Virus record (IMG/VR): IMGVR_UViG_3300005541_000007
Coordinates: 16,386-80,385 of that record
Direction: 5' to 3' (one strand)
DNA: 64,000 bases
Origin: a virus
Shown: piece after piece, positions 37,702 through 47,985 of the stretch
How positions within the stretch are numbered: the first letter of the stretch is position 1
How the letters are laid out: the number at the start of each line of letters is the position of its first letter
Translations under genes and position numbers: made by a program
The notes under the pieces: generated by a model
The model's input: only the letters and a program-made list of their open reading frames with translations
What the model was told of the DNA's origin: nothing
Database searches by the model: none

Positions 37702-40439
37702 TGTCCAACATTCCGAACATAGATGCCTATCTAGCCTCTGGCAACTTGGAAGTCACGGACACATTCAACGCGTATTCATTAACTATTAATCCTTGTTATG
37801 CGAACCTGCTGGACGAAAGCGTTGACACCGATGATATACCATACGCACTCGGCACCACATATGAAGCAGTAGTATCAGCACAAGGACCATTACATTATTA
37901 TAGACTAGGCGAAACAACAGGAACCTCTGCTGCTGACATAGGAAGCAATCCACAAGCAGGGACTTATACAGTTACCATTACTGGAGCAAATAACTTTTCT
38001 AGTTCTTTACCGGCTGAAGTAGGAACAGACTACTCTAAATACATGAATTTTTCTCCACTAGGTAATCTAATACTACCACCAGGAATAGCAGATGACTTTC
38101 TTCTTAATGCAGAAAATAATAATCCGTGGTCAGTAACATTTTGGATTAGATTCCCATCTTCAGTATATGGAATATTAGGAGCAGATAGATTATTTGATGT
38201 TTATTATTCCAATCCTTATGGTGGAACTGCTGCATTTAACCTTAATGGTAAATATAAACACATCACTAATACAGTAATTTTAACGCAAGGCGGTGTAGGA
38301 GACTTAACCGCCGATTCTGTACAGTGTGGAGATATGCAATTAGATACTTGGTATCACGTTGCAATGGTAAATAATAACACTGGTAATTCTACAACATCTA
38401 CAGGAACTATATTCGTAAATGCTGTAGTAGGACAACAAATTGCAATTCCTACAACTATATTTAGCCGTGGTGCTATTGGAGGAAGTAGAATTTTTTGGTG
38501 GGGCGCTGATACTACAGATCATTTAGCTCCCGCAATGTATATAGATGAAATTGCCTTATTCAATAGAGCATTACTTCCATCTGAAGTTACCCTACAACAT
38601 TCTACAGGTGCAGCATTATCTGCTACAACTACAGGAGGGCAAACAGTTACAGTAGGTAGTCAAGCTGCTACATCTACAGTGTTGAATGTTATGTCCACCA
38701 CAAATATACTTAATCAAAATGGTGGAATAGGAATTGAATTATATATTGGAACTAATCCTGCACAAGAAGTGGAAACAAGCAATGTATTAAATTCTACGCA
38801 AACAACACTACTTACGGGGCTAACAACGGGCACAGGAACGTTTATGGGCCTTACCGCGCCTCTTAGTGGTACAGACCTTGCATCAACTAATTCAACAAAT
38901 GCTGCACCCGTAGTTACATCAGCAACACACAATTTTGTTGCAGCAGATGTAGGGCAAGCAATTGATATTACAGTCGGGACAAACTGGATACAAGGTATTT
39001 ATACAATTATTAGTTGTGCTGCTAATGCTGCTACTCTAGATCGTCCGTGTGGTACAGTAGCATCAATTACTTCAGGCACATGGAATGAAGGCGCATTAGT
39101 TAGAATTAACTATATTCCACCATTGCAATATGGATCGTGTAATCCCTATACACTTCCAACATTTAATGCAGCAGTTGATATTACGGGATATGTAGCAGAG
39201 GATTTTTCAGTAACCTATTCTAGAAATAACGTTACATCATCCGCTACCCTAAATGGAGTAGATCAATATGCATCAGAATATTTAGCTAATCTATTACAGC
39301 CAAATACTATGGTTAGATGGCAACGTAGAGTTATAAATAAAACAGAAGGACTAGACACAGGATTTGTAACCTATGCAACATTATATGTTAATGGACCTAT
39401 AGGGGAAGCAGTAGATGCTACTACGGGGGAAAAGAGATTACCCATTCTACTTTCAGGCGTAACTAAACTACTTAGTTTTGATATTGTTAATTATCCAGTT
39501 ACACCAGATTTAATTCATGTTCCACGTACAGCAATGGTACAAACTTACTCTGATGGAAATATTACAATCTATCAAGTATTAAGAGCAGGATCAACTAGCG
39601 CATATTATTACAACTGGGCAACAGCGCCTACACCTAGAATGTGGGCATTAAAATTTAGTCATGTAGGTAATGACGTAGTTTCTGTTGGAGATACAATTCC
39701 CATTACTACATCTAATGGAAATATACAAACTGTCGGTGGAGCAGGAGAGGTAATTTTCAATACTAATTACCTTACATCAGCATTTTATGATTCATCACTT
39801 AAAGCAGGATTTGGATTAGGCAATCCTCAAGAAATTGATATTGATTTTTATCGCTATGCTACTTATGAAGATATTACAGTAGCACCGTTTGTAAGTGCTG
39901 CTGTTGTAAAGGTAGGAACTCTTATTTCACAGGCTACTTTTACGGTTAATAATGCTACAGTAAATGGAATTACTCCTTTAATGGCGGGGCAAACATACGC
40001 AGGAAGAACTATTTTTATTAAATCAGGAAATAGTTTAGGACGTAGTTTTAAAATAGTTACAGAACCCGTTACAGCAGGAGGAAGTAATATGAAATTTAAT
40101 GTAAAAACTATTGATAATCAATTATATGATATTACTACAATGTCTATGACAGCGGGAGACTTAATTCAAATTACTGACGCTAATATGATTCAAGATGCAT
40201 TATTAAAAGTATTAACTAGAGCAGGATTTCAATTTCAAAATTCTTCTGATCCTTTTTATGCAGTAATTACACCACCACCAATTCCAGTGCAAGTTCCCCC
40301 ATTTGATTATGTGTATAATAATAACATTAGAGAAATGGATTTATTTAATGAAATTATACAATATGGACCTCCCAACTATTTTCCAAGAGAAGAAGCGGAT
40401 GGTTCTTTAACAATCGCTTCAAGAGTACAACTAGTTTAA
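37701..40439 (+). CDS. Tail tip/hub protein with LamG-like (ConA) lectin domain
   Basis: PLHYYRLGE, WSVTFW, TWYHVAMV, IDEIALFNRAL; contains one ~70-aa module. Confidence 0.7.
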   Translation: MSNIPNIDAYLASGNLEVTDTFNAYSLTINPCYANLLDESVDTDDIPYALGTTYEAVVSAQGPLHYYRLGETTGTSAADIGSNPQAGTYTVTITGANNFSSSLPAEVGTDYSKYMNFSPLGNLILPPGIADDFLLNAENNNPWSVTFWIRFPSSVYGILGADRLFDVYYSNPYGGTAAFNLNGKYKHITNTVILTQGGVGDLTADSVQCGDMQLDTWYHVAMVNNNTGNSTTSTGTIFVNAVVGQQIAIPTTIFSRGAIGGSRIFWWGADTTDHLAPAMYIDEIALFNRALLPSEVTLQHSTGAALSATTTGGQTVTVGSQAATSTVLNVMSTTNILNQNGGIGIELYIGTNPAQEVETSNVLNSTQTTLLTGLTTGTGTFMGLTAPLSGTDLASTNSTNAAPVVTSATHNFVAADVGQAIDITVGTNWIQGIYTIISCAANAATLDRPCGTVASITSGTWNEGALVRINYIPPLQYGSCNPYTLPTFNAAVDITGYVAEDFSVTYSRNNVTSSATLNGVDQYASEYLANLLQPNTMVRWQRRVINKTEGLDTGFVTYATLYVNGPIGEAVDATTGEKRLPILLSGVTKLLSFDIVNYPVTPDLIHVPRTAMVQTYSDGNITIYQVLRAGSTSAYYYNWATAPTPRMWALKFSHVGNDVVSVGDTIPITTSNGNIQTVGGAGEVIFNTNYLTSAFYDSSLKAGFGLGNPQEIDIDFYRYATYEDITVAPFVSAAVVKVGTLISQATFTVNNATVNGITPLMAGQTYAGRTIFIKSGNSLGRSFKIVTEPVTAGGSNMKFNVKTIDNQLYDITTMSMTAGDLIQITDANMIQDALLKVLTRAGFQFQNSSDPFYAVITPPPIPVQVPPFDYVYNNNIREMDLFNEIIQYGPPNYFPREEADGSLTIASRVQLV

Positions 40440-41882
40440 ATGGCATACGATCACGATATTTCACAATCTACAGCGGCTACCTCTAAAGATAGTTCAGATT
40501 ATGGTATTTACACAAGAGTAATTTGTCAAGGACAAGGAACAGGTAATTATAATGTAGGAACTAGTGCCGCTTATAGTGCTACAGGTGGAGGATCATATGC
40601 AGGATCATATAAAACAGATCAAGTATATCGTGCAACTACAGGAATATCTACTACTGTAACAGGCGTTAACACCGCAGGAAGTAAAATCCTAAACATGGGA
40701 AGTACTACAGGAATATTGCCTGGAATGTCTCTATATATTAATATCGGTGTAGGTCCAACATTTCAAGTATGTGTTGTAGATTTTATCAACTCTACTACTC
40801 AGGTAGGACTCATAAATGCATTATCATCTACTACAGCAGGAACAGAAATTATTCATGTCTTCAATACAGCACCACAAGGAAATGCTTATACAGCCGGGAC
40901 AGTAGATTATTTCATCAATCAAATTTTTGATACACAAGCAACTACACCTGAAGTAACGTTTAATGGTAATACTACACCGCCTTTTGATTATGGAAGAATA
41001 TACGATTCAGAAAGTTCTCTATACACAAGATCATGGACGATGGCTGATTCTGATATATTTTGGGTAGATTTAGGCCGTAATCCTGCTACTGGTAATGCTT
41101 GGTTAATTGATTTTCTACAAATAACAAGTTTTAATCCTTTTAAAGATAATACTACAACACCTACAGTACCACAAACTGTTTATATTTACTATATGACAGA
41201 AGAGGATTTTGTGGCACAAACAGGCTATTATCCTCCTGTTAGTCCTGCTACTGTAGTGAGTGGTAAAGCCATTGTTGATCCTATTTTATACAATTGGATG
41301 GGAGGATTTTTTATTAGAGATTCATCCGCGTGGACACTTCTTACAGATGTTATACAAATGCAAGATGGACAAACTAATATAGATGTATCACAATTTATAA
41401 AACAACGAGCGACAAAACTAAGATTTTTAAAGATAAGATGTACACAACCTTGGTATCAATTTCCTAATTCTGGAATTACTGGGGGTAGAGCAGCATTTGT
41501 TATGTCCGGTTTTAATGTATGGCTATCTAGAAATATTGTAAGAACTGCCGAATATGGATATTCACCTAATTTTAATTCCACTGCTAATCTTGCTACAAGA
41601 GCAACTTTAATGCGTAGAACAATGGTGCTTGAAAACAATATTGCTATTACTGACGGTACTACAGCAGCACAATTTGCATTAAACGATCTAACTGAAATGG
41701 TTACAGACTTTGTTCCAATTAATTTTGCTGTAGAAGTTTCTCCATTACAACTTTTCGATACGGTACAATATATAGATGCTGAAACAAATATTACTGAAAA
41801 ATTCTTTGTTTCAGAAATTACTCTTAATCGTAATGGACCGCATACATGTACAGCAATTGACTACTCGGCTGTTCTTCAGTAG
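40440..41882 (+). CDS. Tail tip protein (hub C-terminal-like)
   Basis: IYTRVI..G; PLQLFDTV.Y.D; FFVSEI. Confidence 0.55.
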   Translation: MAYDHDISQSTAATSKDSSDYGIYTRVICQGQGTGNYNVGTSAAYSATGGGSYAGSYKTDQVYRATTGISTTVTGVNTAGSKILNMGSTTGILPGMSLYINIGVGPTFQVCVVDFINSTTQVGLINALSSTTAGTEIIHVFNTAPQGNAYTAGTVDYFINQIFDTQATTPEVTFNGNTTPPFDYGRIYDSESSLYTRSWTMADSDIFWVDLGRNPATGNAWLIDFLQITSFNPFKDNTTTPTVPQTVYIYYMTEEDFVAQTGYYPPVSPATVVSGKAIVDPILYNWMGGFFIRDSSAWTLLTDVIQMQDGQTNIDVSQFIKQRATKLRFLKIRCTQPWYQFPNSGITGGRAAFVMSGFNVWLSRNIVRTAEYGYSPNFNSTANLATRATLMRRTMVLENNIAITDGTTAAQFALNDLTEMVTDFVPINFAVEVSPLQLFDTVQYIDAETNITEKFFVSEITLNRNGPHTCTAIDYSAVLQ

Positions 41883-41888
41883 GAGAAT

Positions 41889-42470
41889 ATGGCCGGTAAT
41901 TTAATTGGTAATAGTAGATACCCAAGAATTAGAAAACTTGATAATAATACAGTTATCACACGAAAACTTATAGATCAAGCTAATGTTACCACAACTGTAG
42001 TACAACAATTTGGTGGAGGAATATCTGGTGGTGGAGTAGCACCATCAAGTAATACCGGAGGATCGGGAACTACAGGACTTGCTTATGCACAAGTTACAAC
42101 AGTATATACTGATTTAGCTACAACTAATGGTAATAATGCAACTCCTACTGTAACATCTGCATCATATACATTTACAGCAACAGATGTAGGAAATTTTATA
42201 ACAATTACATTAGGAACAAACTGGTTCCCAGGAACATATAATATTAGTAGTATTTCTGGTGGTGGAGCGGTATTAAATGAATCTTGCGGAAATACAGCGT
42301 CTTTAACATCAGGAACTTGGTTTGAATTTGCTTCTACTGCAACTAATACATTAGAGCCTTTTATTACTGGGGATACAGGTATAATAGTAATGAATAATGC
42401 CGCAGCAACACAATTAATTTTAAGATATGAACCTATTAATAATCCCCTATTTATGTTGGAGTGTTTCTAA
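41889..42470 (+). CDS. Tail tip protein carrying the ~70-aa module
   Basis: GGAG RBS; module at 42111-42326. Confidence 0.55.
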   Translation: MAGNLIGNSRYPRIRKLDNNTVITRKLIDQANVTTTVVQQFGGGISGGGVAPSSNTGGSGTTGLAYAQVTTVYTDLATTNGNNATPTVTSASYTFTATDVGNFITITLGTNWFPGTYNISSISGGGAVLNESCGNTASLTSGTWFEFASTATNTLEPFITGDTGIIVMNNAAATQLILRYEPINNPLFMLECF

Positions 42471-42836
42471 ATGGCACTAGCCCTTACTTCAATAAAACCA
42501 GTAAATACCACAACTTCTATTGGAAATTCCCCAGTTACCGTCTATACTTGTCCTGCTAATACTTATGCTACGATGCAATATATTACAGTTACAAATATTA
42601 CTACAGCATTAACCGTTAATGTTACTGTGCAAATGTGGAGAGTACCCAGTGGAGGAAGTGCAGGAACTACTAATTTAATTTTACCAGGATATATAATTCA
42701 AGCAAATGATCCAACATTAACTTTATATTATAATTCTAAAATTCAATTTAATCCTGGCGATTTTCTAGTAGTGGAAGCTAGTGTAGCGGCCTCCTTAAAT
42801 TTTGGTGCTATAGTCAACGAATTCCAGGCACTTTAG
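42471..42836 (+). CDS. Small virion beta-sandwich protein
   Basis: TVYTCPANT...ITVTN...NPGD motif. Confidence 0.5.
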   Translation: MALALTSIKPVNTTTSIGNSPVTVYTCPANTYATMQYITVTNITTALTVNVTVQMWRVPSGGSAGTTNLILPGYIIQANDPTLTLYYNSKIQFNPGDFLVVEASVAASLNFGAIVNEFQAL

Positions 42837-42846
42837 TACCTATGAC

Positions 42847-42875
42847 TTGACAAACTCTTCTATATGTGGTAAGGT
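42847..42875 (+). promoter_or_regulatory. sigma70 promoter for the replication module
   Basis: TTGACA-N17-TAAGGT with TGTGG extension. Confidence 0.65.
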
Positions 42876-42949
42876 GTGCAAGCGTCGTGATTTAGACTTC
42901 GCAACGTTCCACCCTAAAGAGAACGGCTAGGTTACGACGCATTCTATAT

Positions 42950-44353
42950 TTGCGAATAGAGAATATGAAATTTGAAATTCATACAAAAAATAATAGAGCT
43001 AAACTAATCGGAGATATTTCTGAAGAAATTGAATATAAACTTCAATCAGAATGTTTGTGGACGGATGAACTCAACTTCGACCATCAAATTTTATTCTATG
43101 CAGATGGAATTTTATACCCCGGGGTATCTTATCGCATTAAAAACATTCTAGAGGAAATGGGGCATGAGTGTAAAATTGTATTACCAGAACTACCTAAACC
43201 ACAATATAATTGGCCTTTTACTTGGAAATATAGATATAAGCAAGAAGAATTTGCAGATGAATTAATTAAGAAAAGATATGGAATAGGTCAAGCAAGTGCT
43301 GGATTCGGTAAATCTGCCGGATTTGCGAGTATTATTTGTAAAGTAGGACTACCTTCTGTTGTTCTCGTGATGGAAAAGGAGCCACAGGATCAAGCAATTG
43401 AAACTCTTACAGACATTATTGGTGAAGAATATATTGGAATTATTGGAGACGGAGTTTATAAACCAAATGTAGTTAATGTTTGTATGATTCAAACACTAAT
43501 GCAATTAATAGAAAAGAATGATCCATTTATTGAATTCTTAAAAAATAAAGCTAAAATTGTGGTTGTAGACGAGGCCCACGCCTTTACAGGTGATATGGCA
43601 TGGAAGATATTTTCAATTTTAAACAGCGTAGAAATATTGGTGGGCGTTTCGGCCACTCCGTTACCCTCGCACAGCAGAGCGCCCTTTGTAGAGGCATTAA
43701 TAGGCCCTGTACATTATAACATCACCTACTCAGAATTAATAAACGAAAAAGTTTTGTGCCCGCTAACACTTTATACTGAAAAGATGCCGCTTAAGATGTA
43801 TAAAATCCCAGGTTCTCAATTTGCAAGAAATAGAAAATATAGAGAAATTGTAGATGATTATATCGTCTATAATAAAGAAAGACATAAATACATTAAAGGA
43901 TTTGTAGATGAAATGTTAGAGGAAAATATCTCTGTAGCTGTAGTGTGTCAACAAGTAGAACATGCTAAATCTTTACATGAAATGATGCCTTATGGAGTTG
44001 TATTGACAGGTAGAACACCAAAGAAACAACGTGAGGAAATTGTACGTAAATTAAGAAATAAAGAAATAATGTGTGTAATTACTACAGTTTTTAATCAAGC
44101 AGTAGATATTCCATCATTAGGTGCAGTTGCGATTGTAGCAGGAGGAAAGTCGTATGTAAAATTAATACAGCGCATCCGCAGCACCCGCACTTTTTCTGGA
44201 GAAACTGCTACAGGGCACTTGACAAAGACAGAGGGGATAGTGTACTATCCTTATGACAGGGCACCCTGGCTTCAGAATCACTCGGTAGCAGCACTAAAGA
44301 TTTTTTCTGAACTTATTGCCCAACATTCTTTGAATAAAATGGTGAGCGTTTAA
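42950..44353 (+). CDS. SF2 helicase (UvsW/XPB-like)
   Basis: AGFGKS, VVDEAH, SATP, VDIPSL, IQRI. Confidence 0.85.
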   Translation: MRIENMKFEIHTKNNRAKLIGDISEEIEYKLQSECLWTDELNFDHQILFYADGILYPGVSYRIKNILEEMGHECKIVLPELPKPQYNWPFTWKYRYKQEEFADELIKKRYGIGQASAGFGKSAGFASIICKVGLPSVVLVMEKEPQDQAIETLTDIIGEEYIGIIGDGVYKPNVVNVCMIQTLMQLIEKNDPFIEFLKNKAKIVVVDEAHAFTGDMAWKIFSILNSVEILVGVSATPLPSHSRAPFVEALIGPVHYNITYSELINEKVLCPLTLYTEKMPLKMYKIPGSQFARNRKYREIVDDYIVYNKERHKYIKGFVDEMLEENISVAVVCQQVEHAKSLHEMMPYGVVLTGRTPKKQREEIVRKLRNKEIMCVITTVFNQAVDIPSLGAVAIVAGGKSYVKLIQRIRSTRTFSGETATGHLTKTEGIVYYPYDRAPWLQNHSVAALKIFSELIAQHSLNKMVSV

Positions 44354-44518
44354 ATGTCTGTACAGGAAGTAATTGACAATTTACTAAAAGTAGAAGATAA
44401 AACAAAAGATATTATAGTTTGTGTAAAAAGACATTTTCCACACGAAGAAGAAAGTTTTAATATTACAAAGATAACTAGTGATTGGGTATATGTAGAACTA
44501 TATTGTGGCTTTGAATGA
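44354..44518 (+). CDS. Small hypothetical protein (not in the ORF track)
   Basis: MSVQEVIDNLL...YCGFE*; abuts the helicase stop (TAA ATG). Confidence 0.55.
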   Translation: MSVQEVIDNLLKVEDKTKDIIVCVKRHFPHEEESFNITKITSDWVYVELYCGFE

Positions 44519-44614
44519 AAGAACGACAAGAATTCACCGAAGCGTGGGATCAATTTGTAAATGAAATTTACAAAATATTTTTACCTATGACAACTTGGAT
44601 TGTAGAGAAAATTA

Positions 44615-44998
44615 ATGCCCGCTTTTTCTAATATTGGATTTTATATCAACACCTATGCAATTATTGCAAAACGTCCAGTTCCAAAACTTCAAAAACCACA
44701 AATACTTAGTTTACAAGCAGTTTTTAGAAGTATTAAAGATAGATATGAAATTCCAAATAATGAAATACGCTATTTAATCTCATATTCATTTCTTCATAAT
44801 CCGTTAAAGTTAGAAAATATATCTGAATATGGACAAATAGGCAAATTAATTCCTTGTGCTATTTTCTATAATAGTTGGAAGAAATATAATAGACAGCTTA
44901 TACAACAACAAGGATTGCAAAAAGCAATTCTTAATACTCGTCCAAACGATCAGACAGCAGAAACAGAACTGCTAAAGGAAATATTTAGTGAACAATAA
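44615..44998 (+). CDS. Hypothetical protein
   Basis: ORF in the replication operon. Confidence 0.5.
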   Translation: MPAFSNIGFYINTYAIIAKRPVPKLQKPQILSLQAVFRSIKDRYEIPNNEIRYLISYSFLHNPLKLENISEYGQIGKLIPCAIFYNSWKKYNRQLIQQQGLQKAILNTRPNDQTAETELLKEIFSEQ

Positions 44999-45173
44999 AA
45001 CAGCAGCAACACTTAATAATGGTGATAAGGTATCTATCTTGTCAGGTGCGTGTAAAGGATATTCAGCTAATGTAGTTGATAAGAACTTTTCTGATACAAT
45101 GATTCAAGTAAAGATTAACGATAGCAATACCCTTATTAAGAAGACTACACAAGTTACAGTAATTAATACTTAA
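44988..45173 (+). CDS. KOW-motif protein
   Basis: GDKVSILSGACKGYSANVV. Confidence 0.55.
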   Translation: MNNKTAATLNNGDKVSILSGACKGYSANVVDKNFSDTMIQVKINDSNTLIKKTTQVTVINT

Positions 45174-45962
45174 ATGTACAGTCAAGTTCTTGATTATTTA
45201 TATGAAGCACAAGAAGTAGAAAATCTTGTAGCCGAAACTTGTAAAGAAGCATCGGCTATTAATTTAATGCAACTTGATATTCTGTATTCTCAAGATAGAT
45301 TATGTGATAAGTGCGTTACATTGCCTAATACTTCTATGCTTTGTGGGGGTATTAGGCTTGTGTTAGATGTTAACGCAACACAACAGTATAAAAAGCCAAT
45401 TCTTTTAGATCGTGCATGTTCTAAATTAGAACAACAACAAGATACCCAATTTGGAGATTCTAGAATGAAAAGAACAGGAATACCAAAACATTCCTATTTA
45501 TCTACGTTAGAAAATTTAAAATTCGATTATGATATTGACGAACACTCTATGCAAGTGTATAGAGTAGGACCAAATGAAGATGATGATGCAGATTATTATC
45601 CTTTACTTGATGTAAATAAACAATCGCTTAAAAATATTAGAGATAGTATGGATGCGGTTGTTAGTTTAGCGGATAAAGGTTTTGAAACTTATTTTTTCCA
45701 TGTAGAGAAAGAGTACGCAAAATCTATAGATTGGGACATAGAAAGGCTTACAGTACTTGACTTTATACACTTTGAAGGGGTAAACAGTAGGAGTGGTACA
45801 GACTACAGTAGACAGAGGTTATTTGAAATTATAAAAATGAGAATTGAATATGAATTACCAACAAGTATTTCAATGTTGGCAGATGTACAGGGACGTAATG
45901 AAGAAGAAACAGAATTTTTCAAGATGTTAGAGGAAAAGATTAATGAACGAACAAATCCTTGA
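45174..45962 (+). CDS. DnaC/DnaI-like helicase loader, degenerate ATPase
   Basis: N-terminal CxxC..C..C, TGIP, C-terminal LFEII..R....LPT.IS; no Walker A visible. Confidence 0.5.
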   Translation: MYSQVLDYLYEAQEVENLVAETCKEASAINLMQLDILYSQDRLCDKCVTLPNTSMLCGGIRLVLDVNATQQYKKPILLDRACSKLEQQQDTQFGDSRMKRTGIPKHSYLSTLENLKFDYDIDEHSMQVYRVGPNEDDDADYYPLLDVNKQSLKNIRDSMDAVVSLADKGFETYFFHVEKEYAKSIDWDIERLTVLDFIHFEGVNSRSGTDYSRQRLFEIIKMRIEYELPTSISMLADVQGRNEEETEFFKMLEEKINERTNP

Positions 45963-46350
45963 AGCTACAGTAGTAGGAGTACAATTTTGTAAAAATCGTG
46001 GTACTGCACTACTTGAAACATATCTAGCAGATAAAAAGAATGCTGATCTTTCATTACAGGAAAAACCAGACAATGAATATAATCCTAGAGCAGTAGCCGT
46101 TAATATTAACGGATATGACGGAGAGGTATTTCAACTAGGTTGGATTCCTGATGATGATTTAGATGAATATTATGATTGGAAGGAAAAGTGCATTAATGAA
46201 TGTATTGAGGAAGATTTAGACCCAAATGATTTAGATTTTTATATTTCTAGTAATCTTTATGATGAAGATGGAGAACCTTTTTGTGTGAATTATATTAGAA
46301 GCAATCTTCTAAGATATTTTGCAGTAGATTTTATTTTTAGGATTAAGTAA
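45943..46350 (+). CDS. HIRAN-domain protein
   Basis: VVGVQF, PDNEYNPRAVAV, LGWIP. Confidence 0.7.
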   Translation: MNEQILEATVVGVQFCKNRGTALLETYLADKKNADLSLQEKPDNEYNPRAVAVNINGYDGEVFQLGWIPDDDLDEYYDWKEKCINECIEEDLDPNDLDFYISSNLYDEDGEPFCVNYIRSNLLRYFAVDFIFRIK

Positions 46351-47810
46351 TTAACGAGAATTTTGCTAGATTACTACGTCATGTAATTGATGTAGATGGT
46401 TCTTTAGTATCTGATTGCTATTATACTGTATTTAATTCTCAACTTAAAGAAGAACATTTTCAATTCTTTGATTTAAAAGATAATGTATTTGATATAACAG
46501 CAGAAAGTCTAATCTTTCGTGCAGCTAAAAATCTATTTGATCGCTATAATAATCCTTGTACTATTGATACAATTGCAGAAGAAGTCAATAAAGAACAAAA
46601 ATTACTTGCTAGTGAAAAACAAGATGTAATAGATGCACTTAAAGATATTTCTGAATATGAAGCAAATCCTAATGAAACTAAGTATTTACTAGAACTTGTA
46701 TTAGAAGATTATAAAGATTCAAGACTTAATCAAGTATTTCAAACTGCAATAAAACTAAAGGAAAACAATCTTGAAAAGTCAATCAATTATTCTATTAAAA
46801 CATTAGCAGAACTTAAACAGCTAGGAAATTCTATAAATAATGATGATCCTGCTACTATTTCATTAAAAACAGCATCAGAAACACTACTTAATAAAATAGA
46901 ACAAGGAAAAGAATTAGTAGAATTTGCATGTCACTATGGCGTGAATGAAATTAACCAAAGATTAGACGGTATTAAAAGAAGAGAATATATTGTACTGTGT
47001 GGACCGGCTTCAGCGGGCAAGTCATTTTTATCACAAGAATTTGCATATCAAGCAGCACTTAATCAAAATAAACGAGTTGTAATAGCCTCTACTGAAATGA
47101 ATACTGAAGATATTTTACTTAGGCTAATGTCTAGGCTTACTAAAATTCCTTCACGTAAATTACAACGTCCTGACACATTAACACCAGAAGAATTAGAACG
47201 ATTTAAAGTTTGTATTACAGAATTTCAGAAAGAAGAATTTAATGATAGATTAATCTTTGTACAAAAAGGTAAGTTTTCTACAATAGAACAACTAAAACAA
47301 ATTATCCTTCAACAATTAGGAGATAAACAATTAGATTTACTTGTACTTGACTATATTGAAAATTTAATTCCATCGTTTAAAACTGGTAGTCAACAATGGG
47401 AACAAAAGAACGCTATTTCACAAGAGTTTAAGCATTTACTTGATGAATTAAATTGTGGGGGTATTACTCCTGCGCAAAATAATGCAAGAGGTATGGTTAA
47501 TGGTGGTAACGGTGCAGGTATCGGAGAAATATCATTTAAACAATTATATAAAGATGCAGATACATTCTTAATGGTATCAGAAGATGAAACTATTCCACCA
47601 GGACCGCCAGCATCATTTGATTTGCCGGGAACACCTGGAATTATTTATCTAAACGTAATTAAAGGAAGAAACGTCGCAAAAGGTGGAGAGAAAATTCCTC
47701 TCACATGTGAGTTTTCCACTGCCTCTATATCAGCAACAGGACAATTACAAACTACAACAACAGTTAAAGAACAACGTCGCAGCCGTATGGAGAAAAAAAA
47801 TTATGACTAA
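46350..47810 (+). CDS. dnaB: DnaB-like replicative helicase, probable ATT start at 46350
   Basis: GPASAGKS, STEM, LLVLDYIE, PAQNN, DADTF, KGRN; frame open 197 codons upstream of the annotated GTG. Confidence 0.85.
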   Translation: MNENFARLLRHVIDVDGSLVSDCYYTVFNSQLKEEHFQFFDLKDNVFDITAESLIFRAAKNLFDRYNNPCTIDTIAEEVNKEQKLLASEKQDVIDALKDISEYEANPNETKYLLELVLEDYKDSRLNQVFQTAIKLKENNLEKSINYSIKTLAELKQLGNSINNDDPATISLKTASETLLNKIEQGKELVEFACHYGVNEINQRLDGIKRREYIVLCGPASAGKSFLSQEFAYQAALNQNKRVVIASTEMNTEDILLRLMSRLTKIPSRKLQRPDTLTPEELERFKVCITEFQKEEFNDRLIFVQKGKFSTIEQLKQIILQQLGDKQLDLLVLDYIENLIPSFKTGSQQWEQKNAISQEFKHLLDELNCGGITPAQNNARGMVNGGNGAGIGEISFKQLYKDADTFLMVSEDETIPPGPPASFDLPGTPGIIYLNVIKGRNVAKGGEKIPLTCEFSTASISATGQLQTTTTVKEQRRSRMEKKNYD

Positions 47811-47985
47811 AAAAGAATTACAAGAAGCGTATCAAATGGCATTAGATTGTATTGAAGAACAACAAAGACAAATATCTTTGAAAGATATTACAATTGAGAA
47901 CCTTGAAAGAGAATTAGAGGAAGTGGAAGATAAATATTTTAATGCGTATACATTAGTAGATAATTGTCATAAACCTGAATTTTAA
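47803..47985 (+). CDS. Small coiled-coil protein (likely start MTKKEL)
   Basis: GGAG upstream of ATG 47803. Confidence 0.5.
   Translation: MTKKELQEAYQMALDCIEEQQRQISLKDITIENLERELEEVEDKYFNAYTLVDNCHKPEF

Noticed and set aside
755-42836. Diversity-generating retroelement acting on fibre repeats
   Set aside because: No reverse transcriptase, and no template/variable repeat pair differing only at adenines was seen.
44350-44553. Minus-strand 67-aa ORF
   Set aside because: Shadow of a coupled plus-strand ORF at 44354-44518.
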